NCBI GenBank assembly: GCA_963775555.1
Contig: CAVZJJ010000004.1
Location: 2,971,601-3,035,600 of the forward strand
DNA length: 64,000 bases
Direction of reading: 5' to 3'
Origin: an uncultured Bacteroidota bacterium
Lineage (GTDB): Bacteria > Bacteroidota > Bacteroidia > AKYH767-A > 2013-40CM-41-45
The notes beneath the pieces are model-generated. The model searched no databases. It was not told where the DNA came from and saw nothing but the letters and a program-made list of their open reading frames with translations. The position numbers and the translations under genes are program-made. The first letter of the stretch is position 1. The number at the start of each line of letters is the position of its first letter. This document shows positions 1-10,115 of this stretch, in pieces.

Positions 1-1543
1 TTCTTCCGCTGCCGCAGGTTATAAAAATCACATTGCCGGGCTGGTAAAATTAATGGCATCGGTTAGAATTGCGGCACTGGAAATAAAGGGTAAATACGAC
101 GAAGAAATTCACGGAGAATATTTTTCCAATTTCAACTGGCATTATTTTACAAAAGAAGAAGCAGCGTTGTGTCCCCCTGTTATTTTAATCGAGGAAACTC
201 AAAACTTATTGGGAAATGAATTACCCCATTTTTCCACATTAATTTCTTCGAACATACCTGTAAAAGTGATGGCCCTCCATCCCTCATTGCCTGTAAAAAT
301 ACATTCGAATGAAACAGAAGCTGATGAAATGCTTTCATTTCAGCAAGAATTAAGTGCGATTGCAATTTCTCATCGCAATGCATATACGCTTCAAAGCACC
401 GTACATCTTCCGATCCATATGTTAAAAGGAATTGAATCGGGCCTGTCTGCTTCTTCGCCTGCTTTGTTTCATGTAATGATACCTGCTGAACTATCCGGCC
501 TTGATTCAGGTTCCATGAAACTTGCCAGTCAACAATTTCTGGATATCAGCGCATCGGTGGAAGGAAGACAATTTCCCATCTTCACCTACAATGCAGGAGA
601 TACAAAATGGGGAAGCCGGTTCGATATAAGTTCAAATCCTCAACCTGCAAAAGATTGGCCGGCATATGAAATAGAAGTCAGGAATCAAAATAGCGAAATC
701 GAAAAACTTGATCTTGCCTTCACTTTCGCTGATTTCTTTGCAGTAAATCGCCTAAATGCAAACAATTTGTTGGTAGTAGATGCTTCCTATTGGACAGAGG
801 ATTTAATCCCCTTAAACGAATACCTTCAACTTCCATCGGACAAACTATATGCTAAAGTTCCATTCATCTGGCTTGTTGATGCAGATAACAAATTGCACAA
901 AGCTGCAGTCCCGTTTTCATTAGTTGTAGCTGCTAAAGAGCGGTTGGATTATTGGAATTTCATACAGGAACTTGGTGGCGTCAACAGCTTTCATGTGGAG
1001 CAGGCAGTAAAGCATACCCGGGAAGAGATGCTTGAACAAAAAGCTGAGGAGATTAAAAAACTGCAAAACGATTTCGAAAAACAAATAGAAGCAGTTCGTT
1101 TATCCGCTGCCGGAGAAGCCATGAATAAATTAGCGGGGATTTTGCTTGATCTTGATAGTATCTCCACGGCGCCTGTTATAAAAACTGCGAATGAATCTGT
1201 CAGGAAGTCTTCAACTGTTGAAATCACGCCCCTTGAAAATAATGCAGCCCCTGCGAATACATCAACGGCTGCGATTGAAAAAGAGACTGAGGCTTCTACA
1301 GAACCCTGGGTTGAAACATTCAGATGTACCTCCTGCAATGAATGCACGGATAAATACCCCAGGGCGTTCAAGTACGATGGCGAAAAGCAGGCCTATTTAG
1401 ATGATCCCACTACCATCACTTTCGCCCAGCTGGTGAAGGCCGCAGAAGCCTGCCCGGCAAAGTGCATTCATCCCGGCATGCCTTTGAATCCGAATGAACC
1501 CGGTTTGCCTGAGCTGATCGCCAAGGCAAAAAAATTAAATTAA
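1..1543 (+). CDS. C-terminal part of a diverged PFOR-like protein; the frame is open to the window edge. It ends in a coiled-coil segment and a ferredoxin-like domain (CTSCNECTDKYP...CPAKCIHPG).
   Basis: The frame is open from nt 2. The region FHVMIPAELSGLDSGSMKLASQQFLD...QFPIFTYNAGDTKWGSRFDISSNPQP parallels the PFOR domain VI/VII tail (VIAYATCINQGL...YWPLFRYDP...LDSKAP). A Lys/Glu-rich heptad-like stretch follows, then a Cx2Cx2C...CP cluster motif. Confidence 0.45.
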   Translation, partial: SSAAAGYKNHIAGLVKLMASVRIAALEIKGKYDEEIHGEYFSNFNWHYFTKEEAALCPPVILIEETQNLLGNELPHFSTLISSNIPVKVMALHPSLPVKIHSNETEADEMLSFQQELSAIAISHRNAYTLQSTVHLPIHMLKGIESGLSASSPALFHVMIPAELSGLDSGSMKLASQQFLDISASVEGRQFPIFTYNAGDTKWGSRFDISSNPQPAKDWPAYEIEVRNQNSEIEKLDLAFTFADFFAVNRLNANNLLVVDASYWTEDLIPLNEYLQLPSDKLYAKVPFIWLVDADNKLHKAAVPFSLVVAAKERLDYWNFIQELGGVNSFHVEQAVKHTREEMLEQKAEEIKKLQNDFEKQIEAVRLSAAGEAMNKLAGILLDLDSISTAPVIKTANESVRKSSTVEITPLENNAAPANTSTAAIEKETEASTEPWVETFRCTSCNECTDKYPRAFKYDGEKQAYLDDPTTITFAQLVKAAEACPAKCIHPGMPLNPNEPGLPELIAKAKKLN

Positions 1544-1548
1544 CCGTT

Positions 1549-2443
1549 ATGGCAAATGAAATTATTACAGCAATAGCCATTCTCACAGGGCTTGGGCTGT
1601 TATTTGCCGTCATCCTTGCCCTTGCGTATAAAAAATTAAAAGTTTACGAAGACCCGCGTATCGATAAGGTGGAAGACATGCTTCCCAAAGCCAATTGTGG
1701 AGCATGCGGTGCTCCCCGGTTGCAGAGCATTTGCAGAAATGGTGGTGGCTAACACTATCAATCCGGGCAAATGCACTGTGAGTTCACCGGAAGGAATCGA
1801 TATGATTGCGAAATACATGGGTGTAGAGGCAAGTCAGGAGGAAAAAGTAGTTGCCAGACTCTTGTGTGCAGGTGGAAAAAATGAAGCACATAGTCTCGCA
1901 AACTATAAGGGAGGTTTGAGTACCTGCCGCGGGGAAGCCGTTGTAGCAGGAGGACCAAAACAATGTTCATGGGGCTGCCTGGGATTGGCTGATTGTGAAA
2001 AGGCATGTGATTTTGACGCGATACATATGAATGAAAACGGGCTCCCGGTAGTAGATATAATTAAATGTACTGCCTGCGGGGATTGTGTGGATATCTGTCC
2101 TAAAGGACTATTTGTTCTGATGCCAATAGGACAAAAACTAATTGTTCAGTGCAAGTCCCTTTTAGAAGGACGTGAAGCAGAAGAACGTTGTTCTGTTGCC
2201 TGCACGGCATGTGGTAAATGCGTAGCTGACTCTGTCCCCGGATTGATTGAAATAAAAAACAATCTGGCAGTGATCAATTACGAAAACAACGCTCTTGCCT
2301 CAGCAGATTCCATCAAACGTTGCCCTACTAATGCCATTGTATGGTTGGAAAATCTCAAGCAATTTGATATCCAACAGGCAACAGAACTTCCCATTGGTCA
2401 TGTAGAGAATTTGTCTGATCTGGAAAATGTATATTATCAGTAA
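1549..2443 (+). CDS. rnfB: Rnf electron transport complex subunit B (RnfB), read from two overlapping ORFs joined by a +1 frameshift in a CCCC run near 1715-1718.
   Basis: N-terminal membrane anchor, then LPKANCGACG in frame 1. Frame 2 continues PGCRAFAEMVVANTINPGKC, matching the RnfB consensus CGxCGYPGCRPYAEA, followed by two 4Fe-4S ferredoxin motifs (CTACGDCVDICP, CTACGKC). Confidence 0.75.
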
Positions 2444-2448
2444 CGAAA

Positions 2449-5400
2449 ATGAAAACAAAATATCATAACCTGTTGGGCAAAAAAATAAGCCTCAATGCCC
2501 GGGATGCTGCCTGGCACATGATGTCTGCAATTTGCGAAAGCATATTATGTTCAGAACACGGCCTTCCTCTTGATAAAAACTTATTCGGGCGGCCGCTAAC
2601 TTCTTCCAGCTCCAATGACATTTCATTTTCCTCCGGGTTTGCATCTACAGGTTTGCGATCAGGTATTATTTTGAATGCAGGGCATCTGTCATCAAATCTG
2701 GAAAACATTGCCCATGCTGTAAGAGTGCATATACCCTTAGTGATCTTTTCAAGTGTCAACTCCCAACTTCAGGTTTCGCAACTTTCTCAAACCGGTGGTC
2801 TTGTATTTTCTGCAAACACTTGTCAGGAAGCAGTAGACCTTTTACTCATTGGCTACCGGATCGCTGAGCTATCACTTATTCCTGTAATAGTGTGCATAGA
2901 TGAAGCACTTTGCAATACCGAAGAAACAATATTTTTTCCGGAGAAAGAACTGCTGGCAACATTTGCCGGAAGTCCCGACATCCTTATTTCCAGTCCTACC
3001 GCATCTCAGCAAATAATTTTTGGCAAGCAAAGAAAAAGAATACCGAATTGGTTTAATCTTGACAACCCCGTTTCCATTGGAGCCGAAAAGCAAGCGAATG
3101 AATCAGCGCTTGAAACAGCTGCTCAGCAGGAATTCTTTTATCAACACCTGCAGGAAACGATACACGATTCATTTCAGGCGTTCCATAAGGCAAGTGAAAG
3201 GAATTACCACGAAGTAGAGGCACATCATTCAAAAGATGCTGAATATCTTTTGCTAAGTTATGGCAGCATTTCTAAGGAAGCACTCAATGCAGTTGAAAAA
3301 AACAATTCAGGTAATAAAGTAAAAACTGCTGCTTTAAGACTTATACAGATCAGTCCATTTCCTGAAAAAGCAGTACGTACCCACCTGGAAAGAATAAAAG
3401 TAGTTACTGTGCTTGAGCAAGCAATTAACGGATTCCTGCAGACACCTGTTTTTAAAGAATTATCCTGTCTCAACGAATTAAAACACATAAAACTATTTTC
3501 AGGGAACTATGGCTCTGTACCTTCCACCGGGAGCTTACTGGATGTAATATCGAATATGTACCCCGGAGGAAAGGGCAAATCAAAATTTTGGATTGACCTT
3601 GAATTTAGCCACACAGATTCTAACTATCCCAAGCATCAGGTATTGATGCAAGCCATAGACAGGGAGTATCCGGATGTAAAAAACAAAACGATTTCTTCGT
3701 CTTCGATATCAAAAGAAAATTTGCAGAATAATAATATTATTCCACAGAGTATAAGAAAATACAAAGACCAGGGCCCTGCTTATGCAAAGCTGTCGCGGTT
3801 TTTTGATGATACAGCAAGTTTCTTTCTTACACATCCCGAAGAACTGGTAGCTGATCCCTTCCAGGCCCTCCCGGTAATGCCACCATTAACCGCTTACCTG
3901 CCGGACGGTCAGACTAATTCCAATGCAGCCGAAAGAAAACTTTTACCGGAATTCAACTCAGCAAAATGCAGTGGATGTGGCGATTGTTTTCTGCATTGTC
4001 CTCATTCAGCAATCAACCCATTGGCTATCGGTATGGAGAATTTTATTAAAGCAGGGGCTTCCATTTCCAGTGCCAACGGAATAAAAATTACCCAACTCAC
4101 CCCACTGATAAAAAATATTGCAAAGAACAGCCATGAAATAATAAAACAAAATGCAGGTGGTATTCATTCCATTTCTGATTTCCTTCCAGCTGCTTTTGAG
4201 AAGGTTGCTCTGCAAATGAAACTCGAGGGTGAAAAACTACAGACGGCAAAACAAGACATGGAATCGGTAACCGCGGCTTTAAAAAACTTACCACTGTCGA
4301 TAACATATACTTTTTATAATAATCCGGATCAAGTCCAGCCAGGAAGCGGCGAACTATTTACTCTTGCAATTGATACAACATCATGCACCGGATGCTCGGT
4401 CTGTGCCAGTGTATGCCAGGACGATGCCCTTGAGATGCGGGAATTAAGCATGGATATCATCTCTTCTCACCGGGAAAACTATGCTGTCTGGGAACAAATG
4501 CCCGACACCGGTGCGGCCATTATAACCCGCCTTCTCGACGATGAAAATTACAATTCATTTTCTGCACTCTTATTAAGCCGCCATTTTAATTTAGCGCTCA
4601 ATGGACGGAGCATGGATAATGAAGGAGACGCTTCCAAATCAATGGTACATCTTATCACAGCCATTGCAGAAGCGGCCATTCAACCCAAGGTAAAAGATAC
4701 CATCAAGACGATCGACGAATTAATTTCCGGCTTGTCTTTGAATATTCAGACTCAATTGGGATCTGCCGTGCCTTCGCAGGATATCGATGCACTTTCAAAA
4801 GCTCTCTCAGAAATAAAAGAAGACAAGAAACCATTTGAGGAAGTGATTGAAAAAATCGGAATGGGAGAACACCTTAAGCTTGTTGATACAAAAAGTTTAA
4901 AACGAAAAGTTGATCTCACCAAATCCCTGAGGACATTAAGCTGGTTGCTCAGCGAGGGTGCCTCGGGATCAGGTCGATCAAGGATGGGGCTTGCATTGGA
5001 CGGCTCATTAAAATGGACGAATTCATATCCCTGGAATAACTTTACTTCGCCTGTTATAATTCAAGTCAGCGGTAGCTCTCCTGAATTAGCAAAAGGCATT
5101 GTTCAGGGGCAAATCAGGCAAGTGCTTGATAACATTAAAATTCTACGGAGGGCAGAACTTGAAATAAACGGAACATACGAGCCCGGGGTGAATGATATTC
5201 AAATTGCATCACTCAACTGGGATGACCTGACAGAAAAAGAAAAGGATCTGGTTCCTCCAATTATTTTGATTGGGAACAAAAGTAAACTTGCAGGTACGGA
5301 GTTGATTTCTTTGGTGAGTATGCTCGATTGTGACTGGCCATTGAAAGCAATTGTGCTGGATGACGCATCTCCTCAGAGTGATAATGCAGGTGCGGAAATC

Positions 5401-6219
5401 ATCGGCAGCGTGGGAAGCCTGCTTCCTGCCCTTTCATTAGGCAAAGTACATGTACTTAAAAGTTCTCTTGCCGCACCTAAACAATTATTCAATGGGCTAT
5501 CACAGGTTTTCAATAGCAACGCACCTGCCCTGGCATGGGTATTTGTTCCGGTTCCTTCAAAGCACATGATTCCCTCTGAGTCATTTCCAAAACTTCATGC
5601 ACTCAGTCTGAACTCAAGAGCATTCACCTTGTTTGATTTTAACCCCCGGCATGAAGGAACTTTGCTTTCCTCTAAAATGGAGCTGGCAGGAAATCCACAA
5701 AGCGAATCGATTTGGATGCAAAGCAATTTATCATTCAAAGAAGAGGGTGAAGAAAAAACCATGCCTTACTCGCTGACATGGGCGGATTGGGCATATACCT
5801 TAAAATCGTGGAGGGAACATTTTATCCTTCATAATGAAGTGATGGGAAAAGCTACCCTGATTTCTGAATTTATTTTATTGCCGGAATCTGATCGTAGCGG
5901 AAAAGCTCCTGTGATATTCCGCATTGACCAACACGAGGAATTAAAAAAATACAAAGTTTCTGATGAAGTGATTGAAGCTACTGAAGCCTGCGTTCAGGCA
6001 TGGCAGGTGCTAAGGGAAATCAGTGGTGAATTGTCCGAGTTCCCCGAAAAACTACAGAAAAAAGTGGAGGCAAATCTTTCAGAGAAGTATGAAAAAAAGC
6101 TATCCGAAGTAAAGAATGAGTTGGAAAATAAAATAACTAACCTGGAACAAGCCTATCTTGAAAAAATACGCATTAAGCTGAAGGAAAAATTGGTGGAGCT
6201 TTCAAATCAAAAGGCATAA
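2449..6219 (+). CDS. Highly diverged pyruvate:ferredoxin oxidoreductase (PFOR)-like protein, 1256 aa. It keeps the domain-V 2x[4Fe-4S] motifs, but the TPP GDG motif and proximal-cluster cysteines are apparently lost. The C-terminus is coiled-coil.
   Basis: YLLLSYGSISKEALNAV...KTAALRLIQISPFPEKAV...KVVTVLEQAINGF parallels PFOR domain II (VIVSMGSSCETIEEVI...IGLIKVRLYRPF...KVITVLDRTKEPG). CSGCGDCFLHCPHSAI and CTGCSVCASVCQ match the PFOR ferredoxin domain. FTLFDFNPRHEG resembles WPLFRYDP. The tail is a Lys/Glu heptad repeat. Confidence 0.5.
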   Translation: MKTKYHNLLGKKISLNARDAAWHMMSAICESILCSEHGLPLDKNLFGRPLTSSSSNDISFSSGFASTGLRSGIILNAGHLSSNLENIAHAVRVHIPLVIFSSVNSQLQVSQLSQTGGLVFSANTCQEAVDLLLIGYRIAELSLIPVIVCIDEALCNTEETIFFPEKELLATFAGSPDILISSPTASQQIIFGKQRKRIPNWFNLDNPVSIGAEKQANESALETAAQQEFFYQHLQETIHDSFQAFHKASERNYHEVEAHHSKDAEYLLLSYGSISKEALNAVEKNNSGNKVKTAALRLIQISPFPEKAVRTHLERIKVVTVLEQAINGFLQTPVFKELSCLNELKHIKLFSGNYGSVPSTGSLLDVISNMYPGGKGKSKFWIDLEFSHTDSNYPKHQVLMQAIDREYPDVKNKTISSSSISKENLQNNNIIPQSIRKYKDQGPAYAKLSRFFDDTASFFLTHPEELVADPFQALPVMPPLTAYLPDGQTNSNAAERKLLPEFNSAKCSGCGDCFLHCPHSAINPLAIGMENFIKAGASISSANGIKITQLTPLIKNIAKNSHEIIKQNAGGIHSISDFLPAAFEKVALQMKLEGEKLQTAKQDMESVTAALKNLPLSITYTFYNNPDQVQPGSGELFTLAIDTTSCTGCSVCASVCQDDALEMRELSMDIISSHRENYAVWEQMPDTGAAIITRLLDDENYNSFSALLLSRHFNLALNGRSMDNEGDASKSMVHLITAIAEAAIQPKVKDTIKTIDELISGLSLNIQTQLGSAVPSQDIDALSKALSEIKEDKKPFEEVIEKIGMGEHLKLVDTKSLKRKVDLTKSLRTLSWLLSEGASGSGRSRMGLALDGSLKWTNSYPWNNFTSPVIIQVSGSSPELAKGIVQGQIRQVLDNIKILRRAELEINGTYEPGVNDIQIASLNWDDLTEKEKDLVPPIILIGNKSKLAGTELISLVSMLDCDWPLKAIVLDDASPQSDNAGAEIIGSVGSLLPALSLGKVHVLKSSLAAPKQLFNGLSQVFNSNAPALAWVFVPVPSKHMIPSESFPKLHALSLNSRAFTLFDFNPRHEGTLLSSKMELAGNPQSESIWMQSNLSFKEEGEEKTMPYSLTWADWAYTLKSWREHFILHNEVMGKATLISEFILLPESDRSGKAPVIFRIDQHEELKKYKVSDEVIEATEACVQAWQVLREISGELSEFPEKLQKKVEANLSEKYEKKLSEVKNELENKITNLEQAYLEKIRIKLKEKLVELSNQKA

Positions 6220-6321
6220 GATAAATCTCAACAAACCTAAGGAACGAATGATGACACCGCCAATCAGCAGCTCATCCACTATATATACTACGCAACAACT
6301 CTGCGCACAGGGCAAGGCAAT

Positions 6322-7659
6322 ATGAAGCAGACACTCACATTCGATCATGGTATTCATCCTGAAGAATACAAAGAGCTGACGGATCATTGCAAGGTAGAGC
6401 GAATGCCTTTTGTAGAAGATTATATCCTGCCGCTCTCCCAGCATTTGGGAGCACCCAACAAACCCCTTGTCCAAAAGGGGAATAAGGTGAGGCGAGGACA
6501 AAAGATCGCAGCGGCAAATGGATTTGTTTCCGTTGCGCTTCATTCTCCGGTAGACGGAACTGTTTCCGGAATAGGTCTCGCTGAACATCCGAATGGACAG
6601 ATGGTACAGAGCATTTTTATAAAAGCCGACCCCTTTTCCACACAACAACTTAGTCCTTCTTTTCCTAAGCCCTACGAAGAAATGACGGTGAAGGAATTTA
6701 TTACTTCCATTCAGGAGTCGGGGATTGTAGGATTAGGAGGTGCTGCATTCCCTGCTCATGTTAAATTTTCCATTCCCGAAGGCAAAACCTGCCGTTACAT
6801 ACTATTGAATGGCTGCGAATGCGAGCCCTTTTTAACTTCGGACCACAGAACCATGGTAGAGTATCCGGACGATGTGATTGACGGCATCCGGATTCTGCAA
6901 CATTTTATAAAAGCAGAAAAAATATTTATCGGCATTGAAACCAACAAACCTGATGCCATTTCCATTCTTGATGACAAGGCAAGAAACTCAGGCCTTCCAC
7001 TGGAAGTAATTCCACTTCAAGTGAAGTATCCACAGGGTGCAGAAAAGATGATGATTACCGCGATTCTTGAAAAGGAGGTGCCCACCGGAAAGCTTCCTCT
7101 GGATGTTGAAACACTGGTGACGAACATCAGTTCCATTGCAGCCATCAGTCAATGGTTCCGGAAAGGTCAGCCCTTAATAGAACGTATCGTTACCGTCACC
7201 GGCACTGCCATTCAACGGCCCGCCAATGTGATGGTCCCATTTGGTACACCAATGAAACATGTAGTGGAATTATGTGGGGGTGTTACATCAAAGGCTTCAA
7301 GGATATTACTTGGCGGCCCGATGATGGGTATGGTACAGAAAACGCTGGACATACCTGTGGTAAAGGGAACTTCCGGCATTCTGATTTTAACATCAGAAGA
7401 AGTACGGGACCTTGAGCAATACAGTTGTATTCGTTGCGGAAGATGTCTTGAGGCATGTCCAATGCATTTAAATCCATCCTTGCTTGGCATGCAGGCGAAA
7501 AAAGGCCTATGGGAGGAAATGGAAGAGAATCATGTTCTGGATTGCTTTGAATGCGGATGTTGTTCTTATGTTTGTCCCTCAGGAATACCCTTGGTTCAAA
7601 GCTTCCGAGTGGGCAAAGGTATCATCAGAGAACAGAAGGCGAGAGAAATGAAGAAATAG
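6322..7659 (+). CDS. rnfC: Rnf complex subunit C (RnfC), the NADH-binding Fe-S subunit.
   Basis: GLGGAAFPAHVKF motif. Two C-terminal 4Fe-4S motifs (CIRCGRCLEACP, CFECGCCSYVCP). Sits in the rnf gene order. Confidence 0.9.
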   Translation: MKQTLTFDHGIHPEEYKELTDHCKVERMPFVEDYILPLSQHLGAPNKPLVQKGNKVRRGQKIAAANGFVSVALHSPVDGTVSGIGLAEHPNGQMVQSIFIKADPFSTQQLSPSFPKPYEEMTVKEFITSIQESGIVGLGGAAFPAHVKFSIPEGKTCRYILLNGCECEPFLTSDHRTMVEYPDDVIDGIRILQHFIKAEKIFIGIETNKPDAISILDDKARNSGLPLEVIPLQVKYPQGAEKMMITAILEKEVPTGKLPLDVETLVTNISSIAAISQWFRKGQPLIERIVTVTGTAIQRPANVMVPFGTPMKHVVELCGGVTSKASRILLGGPMMGMVQKTLDIPVVKGTSGILILTSEEVRDLEQYSCIRCGRCLEACPMHLNPSLLGMQAKKGLWEEMEENHVLDCFECGCCSYVCPSGIPLVQSFRVGKGIIREQKAREMKK

Positions 7660-7669
7660 TTTTTGGTTG

Positions 7670-7734
7670 ATAATGGACAGTTGATAATGGAAAGTGGAGA
7701 ATGGAGAGTGAGAATGGAGAGTGAGAATTTGAGG
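7670..7734. repeat. Short tandem repeats in the rnfC-rnfD spacer.
   Basis: gataatgga twice. The 13-bp unit aatggagagtgag about 2.3 times (7701-7734). Confidence 0.5.
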
Positions 7735-7760
7735 GTTTAAAAAATGATTGAATATAAATA

Positions 7761-8765
7761 ATGAGCGAAGAAAAAAAACTAACCGTTTCGACCTCACCTT
7801 TTTTACACGATACAGCAACTACGCCCTGGATCATGTATCAGGTGGTTTATTCTCTGATTCCTATAATAGGAGCGGCTTATTATTTCTTTGGCTTGGGGGC
7901 ATTGGCGGTAATTACCCTGTCAGTGACAGGTTGTTTGTTCACCGAACAATTATTCAGTAAGTCGTTTTTTAGTTTTGATAAAATAAAAGACGGAAGTGCT
8001 ATTATCACCGGTATCCTCCTGGGATTAACTTTGCCTCCCGGTTTTCCTTTATGGATGGCCTTTTTAGGAGGAGTTGTTGCCATCGGCATGGGAAAAATAA
8101 TGTGGGGAGGATTAGGACAAAATATATTCAATCCCGCATTGGTTGGAAGGGCCTTTTTACAAGCATCCTTTCCTACAGCTATCACTACCTGGTCACCCCC
8201 GGATGGAAGATACTTCAGTTTCAGGGGAACAAACATTGGTGTTCCATTTTTTCAAACTGAAAATGTGGATGGAATAACCACCGCTACGCCCTTATCCAGA
8301 ATGAAATTCGAACATGTATTTGCCGGTTGGCAGGATTTACTTGTAGGAAATGTTGGAGGATCAATCGGTGAAACATGTGGCATCCTGTTTCTTATCGCAG
8401 GAATTTATCTCATTGCAAGGAAAATAATTCATTGGCGCATCCCGGTAGCTATCCTTCTCACAGTGTCCATCTTATCAGGCATCTTCTGGCTGATCGATCC
8501 ATTACGTTATCCCAGTCCTCTATTTATGATTTTTTCAGGTGGCCTGCTGCTAGGCACTGTTTACATGGCAACTGATTTGGTCACGTCCCCCATAACACCC
8601 AAGGGAGCTTGGATTTACAGTATTGGAATAGGAATTTTCGTTGTGTTGATTCGACTCTGGGGTGGACTTCCAGAAGGTGTCATGTATGCTATTTTGCTTA
8701 TGAATGCGGCAACGCCATTGCTAAATAAATATACCAAAGTGAAAACTTACGGTTATAAAAAATAA
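7761..8765 (+). CDS. rnfD: Rnf complex subunit D (RnfD/NqrB family).
   Basis: Polytopic membrane protein with the conserved ATDLVTSP (FMN-Thr attachment region) motif. Confidence 0.9.
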   Translation: MSEEKKLTVSTSPFLHDTATTPWIMYQVVYSLIPIIGAAYYFFGLGALAVITLSVTGCLFTEQLFSKSFFSFDKIKDGSAIITGILLGLTLPPGFPLWMAFLGGVVAIGMGKIMWGGLGQNIFNPALVGRAFLQASFPTAITTWSPPDGRYFSFRGTNIGVPFFQTENVDGITTATPLSRMKFEHVFAGWQDLLVGNVGGSIGETCGILFLIAGIYLIARKIIHWRIPVAILLTVSILSGIFWLIDPLRYPSPLFMIFSGGLLLGTVYMATDLVTSPITPKGAWIYSIGIGIFVVLIRLWGGLPEGVMYAILLMNAATPLLNKYTKVKTYGYKK

Positions 8766-9481
8766 TGGAAGAAGAAATAAATACACAGAACAATCCCACT
8801 CCGGAAATTTCGGAAGAAAAAGAGCCCAGTTCCTTTCGGCTTATTTTTACGCTGGGCCTGGCAGGATTTCTTTCTGGTTTGGTGATGGTGGCTTCTTATC
8901 TATATACTAAACCATTGATAGAAGCCAATAAGGCCGCTGCAATTGAAAAAGCAATTTTAAAAGTGCTGCCCAATTGTTCTTCCTTTAAAACGCTGGAATT
9001 TAAAGATGGGAAGCTTGAAGACTATAATCCAAAGGAAAGTAAACCAGCATCCAAAGCGAATACTCCAAAACGAATTTACTGGGGTTTTGATAAATCAGGT
9101 GCTACAATCGGATTCGCAGTATTAGGAAACGAAATCGGTTTTGCAGATGTAATCACGGTTCTAATAGGATACGATGCAGTTAAAAAAAATATTATTGGTT
9201 TCGAAGTATTGGACTGCAAAGAAACTCCCGGATTAGGAGATAAGATAATTAAAGATGTAAATTTTCAAAAGAACTTTACTGAGCTCCTAACAGAACCGGA
9301 AATCCTGTTTGCCAAAAAAGGAGAAAAGCAAAAACCGAACGAAGTGGAAGCGATTACAGGGGCAACTATCAGTTCGAAAGCGGTTATAAGATTATTAAAC
9401 AAATCAATGAAAGAGTGGAAAGAACCAATTGACAATTTTATTAAACTTAATCCAAATAAATCCATTGAAATAAAAAAATGA
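8765..9481 (+). CDS. rnfG: Rnf complex subunit G (RnfG/NqrC family, FMN-binding).
   Basis: Single N-terminal TM segment. An ITGATISS-type flavinylation motif (EAITGATISSKAV). TAATG overlap with rnfD. Confidence 0.85.
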   Translation: MEEEINTQNNPTPEISEEKEPSSFRLIFTLGLAGFLSGLVMVASYLYTKPLIEANKAAAIEKAILKVLPNCSSFKTLEFKDGKLEDYNPKESKPASKANTPKRIYWGFDKSGATIGFAVLGNEIGFADVITVLIGYDAVKKNIIGFEVLDCKETPGLGDKIIKDVNFQKNFTELLTEPEILFAKKGEKQKPNEVEAITGATISSKAVIRLLNKSMKEWKEPIDNFIKLNPNKSIEIKK

Positions 9482-10110
9482 GTGAGGAAAAAACTAATCA
9501 TGCAATGGAGGTCTTCACAAAAGGACTTTGGAAAGAAAATCAGATTTTCGTTGCCATACTCGGAATGTGTCCTGCACTTGCCGTTACTAATTCCGGAATT
9601 AATGGCTTAGCAATGGGAATAGCGACCACCGTCGTCCTCATTCTTTCCAATTTATTGATTTCCATTTTTAGAAACGTAATTCCAAAACAGGTTCGGATAA
9701 CTGCCTTTATTGTAATCATTGCAACATTGGTTCAGGTTATTGATTTTGCACTAGCCGCTTTAGTACCTGCCATTCACAAAGAACTCGGCGCTTTCATTGC
9801 TCTCATTGTTGTGAATTGCATTATCCTTGGCAGAGCAGAATCCTTTGCAGCAAAAAACAAGCCCTGGCTTTCTGTCCTGGATGGAGCCGGCATGAGCATT
9901 GGATTTACATTTGCCCTGGTGCTTATTGGAGTCATTCGTGAAATTCTCGGCACAGGCGCCATATTCAATTTTCCATTATTCGGTCCAAAATTCGAACCTT
10001 GGGTGATCATGGTGCTGCCACCCGGAGGATTTATCACACTTGGTTTTTTATTGTTGTTCTTTAGCTGGTACACTCAAAAAAAAGAAAATAAGTTAAAAAA
10101 AACTGAATAG
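9478..10110 (+). CDS. rnfE: Rnf complex subunit E (RnfE/NqrD family).
   Basis: Small polytopic membrane protein (GMCPALAVT, IVVNCIILGRAE). ATGA overlap with rnfG. Confidence 0.9.
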   Translation: MSEEKTNHAMEVFTKGLWKENQIFVAILGMCPALAVTNSGINGLAMGIATTVVLILSNLLISIFRNVIPKQVRITAFIVIIATLVQVIDFALAALVPAIHKELGAFIALIVVNCIILGRAESFAAKNKPWLSVLDGAGMSIGFTFALVLIGVIREILGTGAIFNFPLFGPKFEPWVIMVLPPGGFITLGFLLLFFSWYTQKKENKLKKTE

Positions 10111-10115
10111 CCGGT

